A stretch of DNA of 64,000 nucleotides, taken from positions 43,214,001 through 43,278,000 of the forward strand of contig NC_043009.1 in NCBI RefSeq assembly GCF_006345805.1, read 5' to 3'. Origin of the DNA: Octopus sinensis. Taxonomy: Eukaryota. Position 1 is the stretch's first letter. Each line of letters begins with the position of its first letter. The notes under the pieces are model-generated. The model did no database searches. It saw only the letters and a program-made list of their open reading frames with translations, and was not told where the DNA came from. Made by a program: the position numbers and the translations under genes. Positions 36,465-49,590 of this stretch are shown one piece after another.

Positions 36465-36877
36465 TGCATGTAAGTATGTATGTGTATGTATATGTATCTA
36501 TGTATATGTATGTATGCATGTATGTATGTATATGTATGTATGTATGTATGCATGTATGTATGTATGTATATGTATATGTATGTATGTATATGTATATGTA
36601 TGTATGTATATGTATATGTATGTATGTATGTATACATATATACATATATATATATGTATGTATTTTTATATGTATATATATATGTATATATAGCTAGAGA
36701 GAAAAAGATGTGTGTGTATGTAAATGTATGTATATATACATACATACATATATATATATATCTTTAGCTGGGCTAAAAAGTCACATTCGATCACAGCACC
36801 AATAACAGTTAAGCTTCGTGCAATGGCCATACTCAATAACGAGGGGGCAGGCATTTATTATGTATGTACGTAATATG

Positions 36878-36937
<60 letters not shown>

Positions 36938-37506
36938 TCATCATCACTACCATCATTATCATTATCTTGATCGTCATCAGCATCTTCATCATTACTTTCA
37001 CTAGCCACCACATCATCATCATCATCTTCATTATTTTAAATAGATGACATTCTTACAATAATGAATGAGAGAAGTAGTAGAGATGCTCACAGAGAGAGAG
37101 AGAGAGAGAAAGAGAGAGAAAAAAAAAGAGAGACAGAATGAGAGAAAGGGAGAGAAGAAGCAAAGTGTGTCGTTTGAGAGAGAATTGCAAATTGTTAGAC
37201 TAGCTGGGAGCAATAGCAAAGATAGTGATGACAGCTGTTTCTGTTATTGTTGTTTTTATTGTTGTTTAGTGCCTGTCAACCCAGGGGCAAAACAACAATG
37301 TAGATTGAGCAGATAAAAGTGTTCAATGGTCAAAGTTCGGAGATCAATTTTATACAGTGTGTCCTTCATCTTACAAGACTGTAGGGTGAGATTTGAGACA
37401 GTGTTAGCTGCTAATTCTAGCAGGTCTAAATATTGCATAGAGGTTTCTTCATTTGTTTGATGATATTGTAAATGGAAGAGGAGAGAAATGGAAATAAGGG
37501 AATGAA

Positions 37507-37561
<55 letters not shown>

Positions 37562-38287
37562 AAGAGAATAGAGAGAGAGGAGATGGAAAGAGGGAAAGAA
37601 ACAAAAAGACAGAGAGAATCAGAGGAAGAGAAAAAGAGAGAGAGGGGGAAGCATACAGACAGACAGACAGAAGAGGAAAAGATGAGAAAAAGAGTGATTG
37701 ATGCAGAGAGAGAAAAGACAGAGAGAGAGACAAAGAAAGACAGACTGACGGACAGACGGACGAACAGACAGACAGACAAAGACTGAGGCAGACAGACAGA
37801 CAGACAGAAAGAGAGAAGAGGGAAAGATGTGAGGAGAGACTAACAGACAGAGAGAAAAGGACACAGAGAGAAAGAGAGAAAGGAGGAAAGTTAAGAGAAG
37901 GAGAGAGGCAGAGAGAATGGTGGTGGACAGGAAGAGATGAGGATAGGAAGAAGGAGGCAGGAGAAATTTCGAAAAATTGACAACGATCATGTGTCTTTTG
38001 TTGACACAGAGATTTTGCACTGCATGTGCATCAAAGCCTGCAGGATATGCAAGTGGTGTGGACAGCAACTGAAAATCTATGGCATTCTTCTGCTGGTGCT
38101 TCTGGTGCTGCCGTTTCTGCTGCATGAGTTGCTGCCGGTGCTGTTATTGTTGCCTGAATGCTGACCAGCCTGCTGGACATGCATCTATGCAATGCAAACG
38201 AGTGAAGCTGCTATCTGCAAAAAGCTATGAGAAATATGTGTCAACTCATAAACTGATGCACATAGATGCATATAAAAATGCATATAA

Positions 38288-38289
<2 letters not shown>

Positions 38290-38323
<34 letters not shown>

Positions 38324-38559
38324 AAAAAAAAACATACGTGCAGTAAACAAAAGGATGTTCTGATGTGCATTGCACAAAGATAACACAGCTGTCACTGATT
38401 TCTGTTGCGGCAAAATGCATATGTGTGCAAATAGTAACACTTAACTGCACACACACTCGCATATATATAGCTTATATGTGTATGCACAGGCATGTATGTA
38501 TAAAATATATGTAGACATGTGAATAGATATATATATGTGTTTATATATATGTGTGTAAT

Positions 38560-38590
<31 letters not shown>

Positions 38591-38947
38591 ATATATATAT
38601 ATATATAGGAAGATAGAGATAGGATAGATATAAAATATATGTATTATATATATATAAATATATATATATACTATATATATATATATATATGTATATATAG
38701 TAAGAGAGAGATGGATAGATATAGATATATGTGTGTATATACAAATATACATGCATACATGCATACTTGCACACACACATATATATATGTATACACATGT
38801 TTTAAATATATGTGTATATACGTGTGCATGTAAATTATGTGTGTATATACAGATAATATATATATATATATACATACATAAATAGAGAGAGAGAGAAATA
38901 GGCAATGTATATATATATACATATATACATACATAAGCAAATGTGAG

Positions 38948-38998
<51 letters not shown>

Positions 38999-39478
38999 TA
39001 TATGGATATATAATGATTGATATATATGTATGGGTATGTGTGTGTCCATGTATGCACATGCAGGTGAATGTGTCCATGTGTATGCATGTGTATCGTGGAT
39101 GCAACACGCAGAGCAGTTTTGTGCATCACCACCAGCACCGTCACCACTACCACCACCACCACCACCACCGCCACCGCCACCATCACCGCATCCATCCACT
39201 GTCACCACCACCATCCTCGCCACCAAGTTTTATGCAGTGCACTTTAGGAGACAGTGGGAGATGCAGAGATTGAACAGGGAAATGAAGGAGGTGACAGGAG
39301 ACGTGTGAAGGACTGTGGGAATAATTAAGGAGGAGGGTGGGAGGAGAGGGTGAGAGGGAGAGAGAGAGAGTGATTGAAGGGGAAGGGTGGTGAGTCTATT
39401 GCATAAAAGGGAAAAGAGTGAGAAAGTAAAGCACACACACACAGACACACACATATATGTATATATATATATATATAT

Positions 39479-39515
<37 letters not shown>

Positions 39516-39881
39516 GAGAATGAGTGAGTGAGTGAGTGAGTGAGGGTTAGATAAAGAGAGAGAGAAAGAGAGAAGGAGAGGTGTAGTGAGAGGATGGAAA
39601 AGTTGGATACAAACAAATGGGGTAAGAGAATGGGTTAGATAGGTAGATAGGAAATAAGAAAAGATTGTGTGAGAGAGACAGGGTGATTATAAGATAAAGA
39701 GAGAGAGAGAGAAGAGGGTGAAGAGAGAAAGTTGAAATAAAGAGAGAAAGAGGGAGAGAGAGAGAGAGAGCAACAGATTGATGGAGAAAAGGAGAAACAT
39801 AGGGAGGGTGTGTGACAAGATATGAGAAACAGAAAGGGGTGCATATAGTAAGTAAGGGGTTTGGGTGGGAGTAAGAGTAAA

Positions 39882-39929
<48 letters not shown>

Positions 39930-40130
39930 ATATATGCATAAATATATGTAATATATACGTATACACACACATATATATACATATATATATATATGCATTC
40001 ACACACACATATATATGCACATGTGCGAAAGTAGAAAGTAGATATAAAAATATACACTCGGGCATACATATAAAATACATATATATACATATACATACAC
40101 ACACACACACATATATATATATATACATAT

Positions 40131-40168
<38 letters not shown>

Positions 40169-41865
40169 TATATATATACACATATACATGTATATATACA
40201 TATACATATATATACACATATATATATACATATATATGAGTGTATGTATGTATATGTACATACATTTATATGGAAAAAAAGAGAGAAAGAGAGAATGGAA
40301 GAGATAGAGAAACAGACAGATGGTCAGATGGACAGACAGAATGGGAGTAAGCAGGTTTCTGTAGTGGTCAGTAAAGAATTTTAAACCACATTTTGGACAA
40401 TACAGAAAAACAGACCAAAATATTTACACACACACACACGCACATGCACAAACACATAATAACACACATGCACACATACACACAAACATATGCACACCCA
40501 TAGAACTACACTTAAACCATGTAGATGCTCCCACAATATCCATTAGCACCATTGCCACCACCATCACCATAACAACAACAACAACAACAACAACAACAGC
40601 TGCAATAATCAGTGCATCATCAACAATAACAACGGCGACAACAACTACAACTGCCATAGTCACAAAACAATGATGATCGATAACAACAACAACTGCAACA
40701 ATAAAAAGAATATTAACTACACCAACAACAACAACAACAATGAGAATAACAACAACACCACCACAACAATGATAATAATAATAATAATAATAATAGCAAG
40801 AACATCGACATCAAAAATATGAGAAGCAACAACAACAATAATCCCAAAACAACAACGATCAATAGCAATAAAAAATAATCGCAACAACAATAACGAGAAC
40901 AACAACAAACAACAACAGTAACAATAAAAACAACATACCAACAACAACAACAACAACAACAACAGCAACAACAAAAAGGTAAGGAAAGCATATAAAGATC
41001 AGAGCAGTGTCATCTAACATGGCACTACCCCGACCCACTCCCTCCACTTGACCAAGATTGGAATAAACAAGGAATCCTACTTCACACTAAAAGACGAAGC
41101 TTAAACTTGCTGGATTCTATATTCCTCCCGTCAGCTGGATAGTGGCGCTACCGAAGTTGGGTCCAGTGAGTGATTAACTCTTTTCATGCATCTTTGCTTT
41201 CTTGGAGTATTTTTTGATGTTTTGTTGTTGTTGCTGTTGTTGTTGTCGTTGTTGTTGTTGTTGATATTTGTGTTCTTTATGCACCCGTGTCTCTGAACTG
41301 CTCCGGTACCGCTCTTTTTCAGCTGCAGTGTTTTGCATCACTCCGCTGCACTCCGCTGCTTGCTCTCCACTGCACTCGTCTCTGTGTTTATCAGTTTATC
41401 GCACATAGACATACTGGGATAGATATGGCAAGCTGGTTTGCTTGCTGGTTTGCTGGTAGGCAGGAGAAGAGAGGCAGGCGGGCAGGCAGGCGGACAGGCA
41501 GGCAGGCAGGCAGGCAGACTGGTTGACAGGCAGAGAGAATCTGATGGTTAGTCGGACAGACATACCAACCGACAGGCTGACGGGCTGGCAGACAAAAAGA
41601 GAGATGGGCTGGACTGACTGTTCTGGTCTATTGTAATGAAAGACAGATAGACAGATAAACAGAGAGACCAACACACAAACAGACAGACAGATAGACAGGA
41701 GAAAATGACACACAGACAACTGAATGGATATGCAGATGGATGGATGGATGGATTGAAGGATAAATGGATGGATAGCAAAGGAGTGAGGGAAAGAATTCAT
41801 ATATATAAATAGCTAGCTAGATAGACCAATAGACAAATAGATAAACAGATAGACAGACAGACAGG

Positions 41866-41898
<33 letters not shown>

Positions 41899-41982
41899 AG
41901 ATAGATAGATAGATAAATAGCTGGATAGATAGACACACAAATTAGTAGATAGACAAACAGACAGACAGTTAGATAGGCAGAC

Positions 41983-42069
<87 letters not shown>

Positions 42070-42510
42070 CCATCACATAGATGCACAGAAATATAGACAG
42101 ACACAAAGGCAATCATACAAAGAGACTGTCAGACAGAAGGATTGATAGACACACAGATATATATGTATATATATATATATAGATAGATAGATAAATAGAT
42201 AGATAGATAGACAGATGAACAATAGATTGATAGATATAAATATGCAAACATATGGCATGGGTAGAGACAAACAAGCAGATTTGTTGTGTAAGCAGCCAGA
42301 GTAGTGTTAGATGAACATAGCAATAGATTTTATTATATCAATAACAACTTTATATTTCTGATGATGCTGACAGTGATAATGATGATGATGACGACGAGTA
42401 TGTACGTGAGTCCATCCAATCTGACATGAATGCACATGTATGTGTACTGTCCATATATATATCATCATCATCATTTAGCGTCCGCTTTCCATGCTGGCAT
42501 GGGTTGGATG

Positions 42511-42595
<85 letters not shown>

Positions 42596-42634
42596 TTATG
42601 TATATATATATATATTACATAAATATATATATGC

Positions 42635-42694
<60 letters not shown>

Positions 42695-42758
42695 TATATG
42701 TATATGTATTATCTATCTCTATATATAAAAGAACGGTAAGAATATAACATTAGTGGCC

Positions 42759-42809
<51 letters not shown>

Positions 42810-42819
42810 TATAATATAT

Positions 42820-42855
<36 letters not shown>

Positions 42856-42987
42856 CTGTATATTGGTTTTCTAATTTGAATGGTAAAAGATGTGGTACTG
42901 CTTTTGTTCTATTTCGCTAAATGGTTTACTGCAGATGCAGTGTTCAAATTCTGCCTGTGATGTTGCAACTATTTTCCTTCTATATTT

Positions 42988-43023
<36 letters not shown>

Positions 43024-43047
43024 TTTGTGTTGTGTGTGTATGTATGT

Positions 43048-43078
<31 letters not shown>

Positions 43079-43150
43079 GGGACAGAGAGGGAGAGAGAGA
43101 GAGAGCTGTGTACATATATATTAAACATGTTTATATATACACAGATATGG
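38290..43150. repeat. Microsatellite-dominated field ((TA)n, (GA)n, (CA)n, (AAC)n, (GATA)n) with short unique islands and an RTE tail stub at ~42465-42510
   Basis: Read directly. Confidence 0.85.
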
Positions 43151-43692
43151 AAAGCCCTTCTGAGCACTAACTGTCTTGGGAGAGAAGTTCTCTTTATAGA
43201 CAATATATGTAAAAAAAAACATGCCAAGCTGGGCCTTGAATGATGTCATTAGACTGTTGGACATATGTCTCTGTGTTGTTATGTTTCATCAGCTGCAGAC
43301 AACAAATCCATCATTCATACACCCCACTTTCATTCTAATATATGTACAGTAAATGATAAATTTGCTGGTGTGTCCAAAGCTCTGTCAAGCTGGATATGTG
43401 TGTGTATATTTGCATGAATACATATATGCTTGGCGTAGTGGGTAGGAGCAAAATACTTCATTTCCCATTGCTCTATAATGATTTTGACACATGACATGTG
43501 GCACACTTGTGCACCTGTACAGGCAATGTCGATTTGATGAAGAGAGTGAGCCTATGTAAACACAAACATTAAAACCCTATAAGCAAATCATCTGTGTAGT
43601 TATTGAGTAAGAAATTGTGAAACCTTCCATCATATAACAAGAAAATCCATAGCATACATATATACATATACATATATATGTACGTATGTATG

Positions 43693-43731
<39 letters not shown>

Positions 43732-43778
43732 TGAAATGTATGTATGTATGTACGTATGTATGTATGTATGTATGTATG

Positions 43779-43833
<55 letters not shown>

Positions 43834-43985
43834 CATGTATATATATATATATATAATATATATATATATACATATTATATGTAATGTATATATATTATAT
43901 ATATATTTAGATATATCATATATATTAAAATGTGTGTATATATATATATATCTTATATATATATATATAAAATGTATATATATCA

Positions 43986-44282
43986 AATGGATAAAGAACG
44001 ACCATGGGATTGTACCTAGAAAGTTCCCCTCTGAAGCACAAATCCAGGCAAGGTTGTTTATTGGAGACCAGCAGTCACCCATGCAAACCAGCCCCCCACC
44101 TCTCCTCGCAACTGATGTTATCCAAGGGAAAGGCAAAGGTGAATGCAGCTTGGCACCTGTGACATTGCAACTCATTTCTATAGCTGAGCGAACTGGAGCA
44201 ATAACACAACACACAGCCTTGTCTGGGAATCGAACTCTACCTCATGATCTTGAGCCTGATACTCTAACCACTGAGCCATGTG
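43986..44282 (-). mobile_element. tRNA-derived SINE, family F (D-like head, distinct tail)
   Basis: Minus-strand head ATGGCTCAGTGGTTAGAG..GAGTTCGATTCCC, then TGCTCCAGTTCGCTCAGCT as in family D. Confidence 0.72.
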
Positions 44283-44334
44283 ATGTATATACATATACGG
44301 ACATTAAAACAAAGATGAATGCTGATGATACATA

Positions 44335-44844
44335 CCATAAATCCTCAAGTATAATCCGTATTTTTCCCCAAAATTTAAAGGTCAAAATCCCTAGTGCATA
44401 CTATATACAAGGTTAAAAATGAAAAATATTTCCTAAGCAATGTCCAAGTCTCTATTTGCTGTCCGGCAATGTCTATTCAGATGCATTTTGTGATGTTGGA
44501 CACGAAAATACCTTTAGCTAAGCCTCAAAGCAATGTAGTCGTAAAAGAATCATCCATAACTTTCAGTAAGCAACATTTATTAAACGTTATTACTGTTATT
44601 TCTTTATTTTCTGCAAACAAAATGCACAAAAAAGCTACACATTTGTATTATGTTATACATACAATAATAATAAAGGACGTTACCATATACATTTTTACAA
44701 ACCAAGGACGTTATATAGACCTCCTTGACTCAAGTTAGAGAAGGGCTGCATATTATACACAAGGTTTAGGTTTTTCAGAGGTACAGCCCCTAAAAATCCC
44801 CTGCGTATTATTTTCAAGGGCGGACTATACTCGAGGATTTACAG
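44335..44844. mobile_element. Tc2/pogo-type MITE, 510 bp
   Basis: 24-bp TIRs CCATAAATCCTCAAGTATAATCCG vs (reverse complement) CTGTAAATCCTCGAGTATAGTCCG, 4 mismatches, all transitions; TA on both flanks. Confidence 0.82.
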
Positions 44845-44944
44845 TATTAGGCAATAAGTGCTAAAAGACAAGCAATCACAGGTGTATGGATTATATATCC
44901 ACGTGATTTTTTATATAATTTTATATGATGCAATTGTTATACTC

Positions 44945-45358
44945 TCTCTCTTTTACTCTTTTACTTGTTTCAGTCATTTGACTGTGGCCATGCTGGAGCA
45001 CTGCCTTTAGTCGAGCAAATCGACCCCGGGACTTATTCTTTGTAAGCCCAGTACTTATTCTATCGGTCTCTTTTGCCGAACCGCTAAGTGACGAGGACGT
45101 AAACACACCAGCATCGGTTGTCAAGTAATGCTAGGGGGACAAACACAGACACACAAACACACACACACATACATATGTATATGTATACATATATATGACA
45201 GGCTTCTTTCAGTTTCCGTCTACCAAATCCACTCACAAGGCATTGGTCGGTCCGGGGCTATAGCAGAAGACACTTGCCCGAGATGCCACGCAGTGGGACT
45301 GAACCCGCAACCATGTGGTTGGTTAGCAAGCTACTTACCACACAGCCACTCCTGCGCC
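44945..45358 (-). mobile_element. SINE family A, most complete copy (5' GGCGCAGGAGTGGC..)
   Basis: Full-length alignment with 10221-10668. Confidence 0.92.
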
Positions 45359-45419
45359 TATAACATAAAATTATGTAACAATTCATGTAAATACAAACTA
45401 TTTTTCTTTCCAGCTCAAC

Positions 45420-46200
45420 TGCTTCTGTTGTACCTACTCTGATTAAGTAGTAGGGTCGGGGTTTTAAGAATTTGAACCCTACTTTGGTTCCAATGGTTTC
45501 CGAGTCATAATTCTACAGGAGCTTTCTGAAAATGTGTGTAGGAGTTAGGGTTTTGTATTCATGTGAGGTCAGACAGTGTGTAGTAGTTTTTTGAGAGCAT
45601 GACGGTATGGGTGGGTGACCAAATGCTTAAGCTCATGTTAGGGTGCATACGTGTCTGTGTTTAGCTTTGTGTATGTTTAAACTTTTTACTGGGTTATCAG
45701 GATATGGTGGTGAAAGAACCATAAGTGGAGAACTGTTGATAGTCATAATTGGGCTCTTAGGTATGACAAAATATACCTTCTTCCATGTAGGCTAGGGCTG
45801 AAAACATCTCACTTCTGCAGTTTAGATAGATGTCTGAATAATGAGTTTTTAATATGGTTCTTTTCTCAGCTGAACATAATCTGTACTTTCTGCTGCTATT
45901 AGAATAAGCCTTTCACTCCTCTAAGATTTTTCTTCTTTATGCTGCACTCCATGGCAGTTTCCTTTGACAACCATTCACGACTGGCTAGAATTGTGGCATT
46001 TCAACTCTCCAAGAAGGATTGATGGTTATTGAATCATATTCTGAAGGAAACTTTTGTTGCTCGCACTTACTTTCACATGTATGTTTAACCATTTGGGCTT
46101 TTTGATATTAACTCTACATCATATACAACTGTTTCCATGTTACAGTTACAATTAGGGGGACATGTAGTATTACCTCGACATGTGCATCCTGCCTGTCTCA
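45420..46200 (-). mobile_element. Penelope-like element remnant: Cys-rich linker plus GIY-YIG endonuclease (coding remnant 45743-46192) and 3' region
   Basis: Minus strand reads GCTCRGNTTCPPNCNCNMETVVYDVEL..TYM*..SFRI*FNNH..NATILAS..WLSKE..SIK/KILEE*KAYSNSSRKYRLCSAEKRTIL..YLNCRSEMFS/LHGRRYILS, matching the CxC..CP..C / VVY..YIG / RxxxH / CxLCxxEK..LN.RxE..H pattern. Confidence 0.8.
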
Positions 46201-46310
46201 GGTGTATATATTCAGATAAATTTGTATACCTATGTATATATATATATCCATAAATATATATACATATATATATACATGTGTGTGTGTATGTGTGTGTGTA
46301 CGTATGTATG

Positions 46311-46344
<34 letters not shown>

Positions 46345-46554
46345 TGTATGTATGTATGTATGCATGTATTAAAAACAGATTGGACAAGCAAAACATGTGG
46401 TAACACTTTAGAGCATTTGATTAAACATAGTACAGATTAGTTAGACTAAACAGATAAAGTTTTTACAGCTTTTCTAAAATAGCTAAGCATATGGATCACC
46501 TGTTATTCAGTAAATATTTCCACGTAAGCTAACTATTTCATCATCATAGATACT

Positions 46555-46592
<38 letters not shown>

Positions 46593-46603
46593 AAATTTAA
46601 CTA

Positions 46604-46793
46604 GCACTCTGTCTTTTATGACAATGAGGGTTCCAGTTGATCCAATCAATGGAACAGTCTACTCATAAAATGAACGTACATGTGGCTGAGCACTCCACAG
46701 ACTTGTGTACCCTTAATGTAGTTCACAGAGTTTAACAGCACTGGCTCTTTGAAATTTTGAAATACAGGTACTACTTATTTTTGCCAGCTAAGT
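46604..46793 (-). mobile_element. SINE fragment (body D + tail 2)
   Basis: Tail aligns with 47225-47400; junction reads (minus) CTTAGCTGGCAAAAATAAGTAGTACCTGTATTTC. Confidence 0.7.
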
Positions 46794-46994
46794 ATATATA
46801 TATATATATATATTTGTTGTCTACACCACCTGTCTTCGTCTTGCTTTTTTGTGAATTCTCCCTATATGTATAAACACATACATACACACACACATATATC
46901 TATCTTTTTTTTACCTTTTTTTTACCATGAAAGAAATAAATCTCAGTGCGGTGTGAAGACATATACACCAAATTAATCCATTTAAACTTCATAC

Positions 46995-47130
46995 CAGATC
47001 AATCTAATCGATCTGTTAATAAACACAAGATCAATCAAATTGATCTTTCCCCCCACCCCACCCACCAAAGCATTTCACCGATTTGTCAGCAATAACTATA
47101 AATGCTAACATTTCCGTCTCAAATCTCAGC
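46995..47130 (+). promoter_or_regulatory. Candidate cis-regulatory module: two 21-bp dyads, TATAAA (47097-47102) and Inr-like TCAGC (A at 47128)
   Basis: CAGATCAAT-CTA-ATCGATCTG (46995-47015) and AAGATCAAT-CAA-ATTGATCTT (47027-47047); TATA T to Inr A distance is 31 nt. Confidence 0.35.
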
Positions 47131-47217
47131 CCAGATTCCATTCCCACCAGAGTTCATCAGGTGCCAAGTGATAATCTACCACATAAATAATGAGTCTCAA
47201 TTCTGGTTCTAATTAGT

Positions 47218-47601
47218 GGTGGAAGCACTCCGTCGGTTACGACGACGAGGAGTTCCGTTGAACCGAATCAACGGAACAGCCTGCTCGTGAAATTAATGTG
47301 TAAGTGGCTGAGCACTCCACAGACACGTGTACCCTTACTAGTTCTCAGGGATTTCAGCGTGACACAGAGAGTGACAAGACCGGCCCTTTGAAATACAGGT
47401 ACAACAGAAACAGGAAGTAAGAGTTAGAGAAAGTTGTGGTGAAAGAGTACAGCAGGGATCACCACCATCCCCTGCCGGAGCCGCGTGGAGCTTTAGGTGT
47501 TTTCGCTCAATAAACACTCACAACGTCCGGTCTGGGAATCGAAACCGCGATCCTATGACCGCAAGTCCGCTGCCCTAACCACTGGGCCATTGCGCCTCCA
47601 C
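47218..47601 (-). mobile_element. tRNA-derived SINE (body E + tail 2) with a 10-bp TSD
   Basis: Head TGGCCCAGTGGTTAGGGCAGCGG..GGTTTCGATTCCC; TCTAATTAGT at 47208-47217 and 47602-47611; tail hairpin GTTCCGTTGA-n6-TCAACGGAAC. Confidence 0.9.
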
Positions 47602-48059
47602 TCTAATTAGTACATGCCTGTGGCATAATTATCAATATCCATAACAACAGACAACAGCAATTTCACATTAAACGCACAAAATACAGAACAACCACTACCA
47701 AAACACCATCATTCTTAACTATGATGGACCGTTCCAGGACTGAAGTAATAAATTACCGTTCTATTGTTTGGTCTACTTGCAGGATTCTTCTTTGGTTTAT
47801 TCCATTCAGTTGCTTTCTATCAATGCTACTGGTTTGAGTGTTCAGTATCATGTATTGAAGTGTTTCTTATTTCAATGATTCAGATTTGTTTGAGATGGCT
47901 TATCAATAAATTTATTACAAGTCGTTCTACATTGATTGCAACATTGTAGTCTACTAAATGAAGCTGGAACAGAATTAGGTACTATTTATGTATGTATATA
48001 TATGTGTGTGTGTGTGTGTGCGTGTGCATGCATGTGTGCATATGTGTGTACATATACTG

Positions 48060-48099
<40 letters not shown>

Positions 48100-48107
48100 C
48101 ATACATA

Positions 48108-48154
<47 letters not shown>

Positions 48155-48425
48155 CACATACACACACTCACATACATTATATACACCAGCACAAGTGAGG
48201 TCAACTTTTTGATCCTTTTTGAGCAGGATGCAGTAGAGAAGGAGTTGGGCTTTATGCTCGGAGATGAGGGGGTTAAAGTTTGACAAAAGGGGTCAGGGAG
48301 CTGCGTGGCTACTCACATTATTGAAAAGACGGTGTGTGTGATGATGTTGGAGCTGGAAAGAAATAAAATAGGGGTGAAAAGGTGTCAGGGTAGAGTTTCA
48401 AAGGAGAGTATGTATATATATATAC

Positions 48426-48476
<51 letters not shown>

Positions 48477-48489
48477 AACACACATGGCA

Positions 48490-49195
48490 TGATTGGTAAA
48501 TTGTCGCTATTTTATATTTGTAATTTCATGTGTGCACATTGTTTCTAATTTTGTTGACTACGCAGTATAGTAGGGGCAGTTGGGCACCGTCTATGAGAAA
48601 AACAGCACCATGATACAAATCACTCTGCCAGAAATTTGGAATTGGCATGCTATTCTGCTTGGCATTCAGGCCGAAAGCTCCAATATGAACATTTCAGAGT
48701 GTTTGGGGGTCAATCTGAGGACATGTACTGAGAGTGATAAAAATCAAATATACAGTCAACATCATGGTGTTTGGAGTGATCACTAGTGATGGTGCCATTA
48801 TGCTTCCATTCATTTCCCCACACAATCTCAGACTCAACACAGAGACCTACATCAAGTGCCTGGAGGAGGTAGTGCTGCCCTGGATCAAGAGGGTAGCTGC
48901 TGGAAGATTCTATGACTGGCAACAAGACTCTGCACCATGCCACACATGTAGGAGAACCCAGTCATGGTTGTCAGATATTTTGTAACATCACCCCTAACAT
49001 GTGGCCACCTAACTCCCCAAATTGCAATCCCCTTGATTACTATGTTGAATGCAGTTGAGCAAGAGATCAACAAGACTCCTTGTAATACCAGAGATGAACT
49101 GAAGGCAAGGATTACGGCAGAATTCACCAACTTAAACAAGGAGACCATCCAGAAGAGTTGCAGAAAATTGTGAAGTTGTCTGAAGGCATAATAAA
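48490..49195 (+). mobile_element. Internally deleted Tc1/mariner element resembling maT (DD37D)
   Basis: IMVFGVITSDG..YIKCLEEVVLPW..WQQDSAPCHT..TQSWL and (shifted) TPNMWPPNSPNCNPLDYY. The N-terminal leader is fused at ~48722. The D-D spacing cannot be counted because of an indel; TIRs not identified. Confidence 0.78.
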
Positions 49196-49230
49196 TAATG
49201 TCTATGTTAGAAATGCAATGCTGCAAGGGC

Positions 49231-49590
49231 CTTGAATACTAAGGACATGAGAAGGCGAGGAAGAAAGGAAGTGAGCATGCTCTATTGGGTGTGCAATGAA
49301 AGTGTGTGAAAGAATTAGTACAAAGGTGCTGAGTGAAAAACTGAGCATAAGAGGAAAATAGGGTGGAAGAAATAATATTGTGCTGGTATGGACATGTGAT
49401 GTGTATGGATGAGGACGATTGTATAAAGCGGTGTCAATTACTAAAAGTTGATGGAAATTGCTTAAGAAGAAAACCCAGGAAAACATGGGATAAAATGGTG
49501 AAGACAGCTCACAGGACCTTGAATTTCATGGAGGAGATGGCAAAGGACTTGCATGACTGGCAATAAGTGGTTTTCAATAAGACCAGCTCA
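49231..49590 (+). mobile_element. Degraded RTE RT C-terminal fragment
   Basis: LCWYGHVMCMDEDDCIKRC..RRKPRKTWDKMVK..MEEM (49363-49566). Confidence 0.75.

Noticed and set aside
37937-38164. 75-aa ORF with a Cys cluster and hydrophobic tail; opposite strand reads TAPAATHAAETAAPEAPAEE
   Set aside because: It starts in a GA repeat, the hydrophobic part comes from a degenerate (GCT/GGT)n run, and no domain or convincing splice sites are present.
46085-46396. Cys-rich stretch as a host exon (GTAAGT donor-like word nearby)
   Set aside because: The frame stops before the donor, and the sequence is better explained as the Penelope-like endonuclease remnant.
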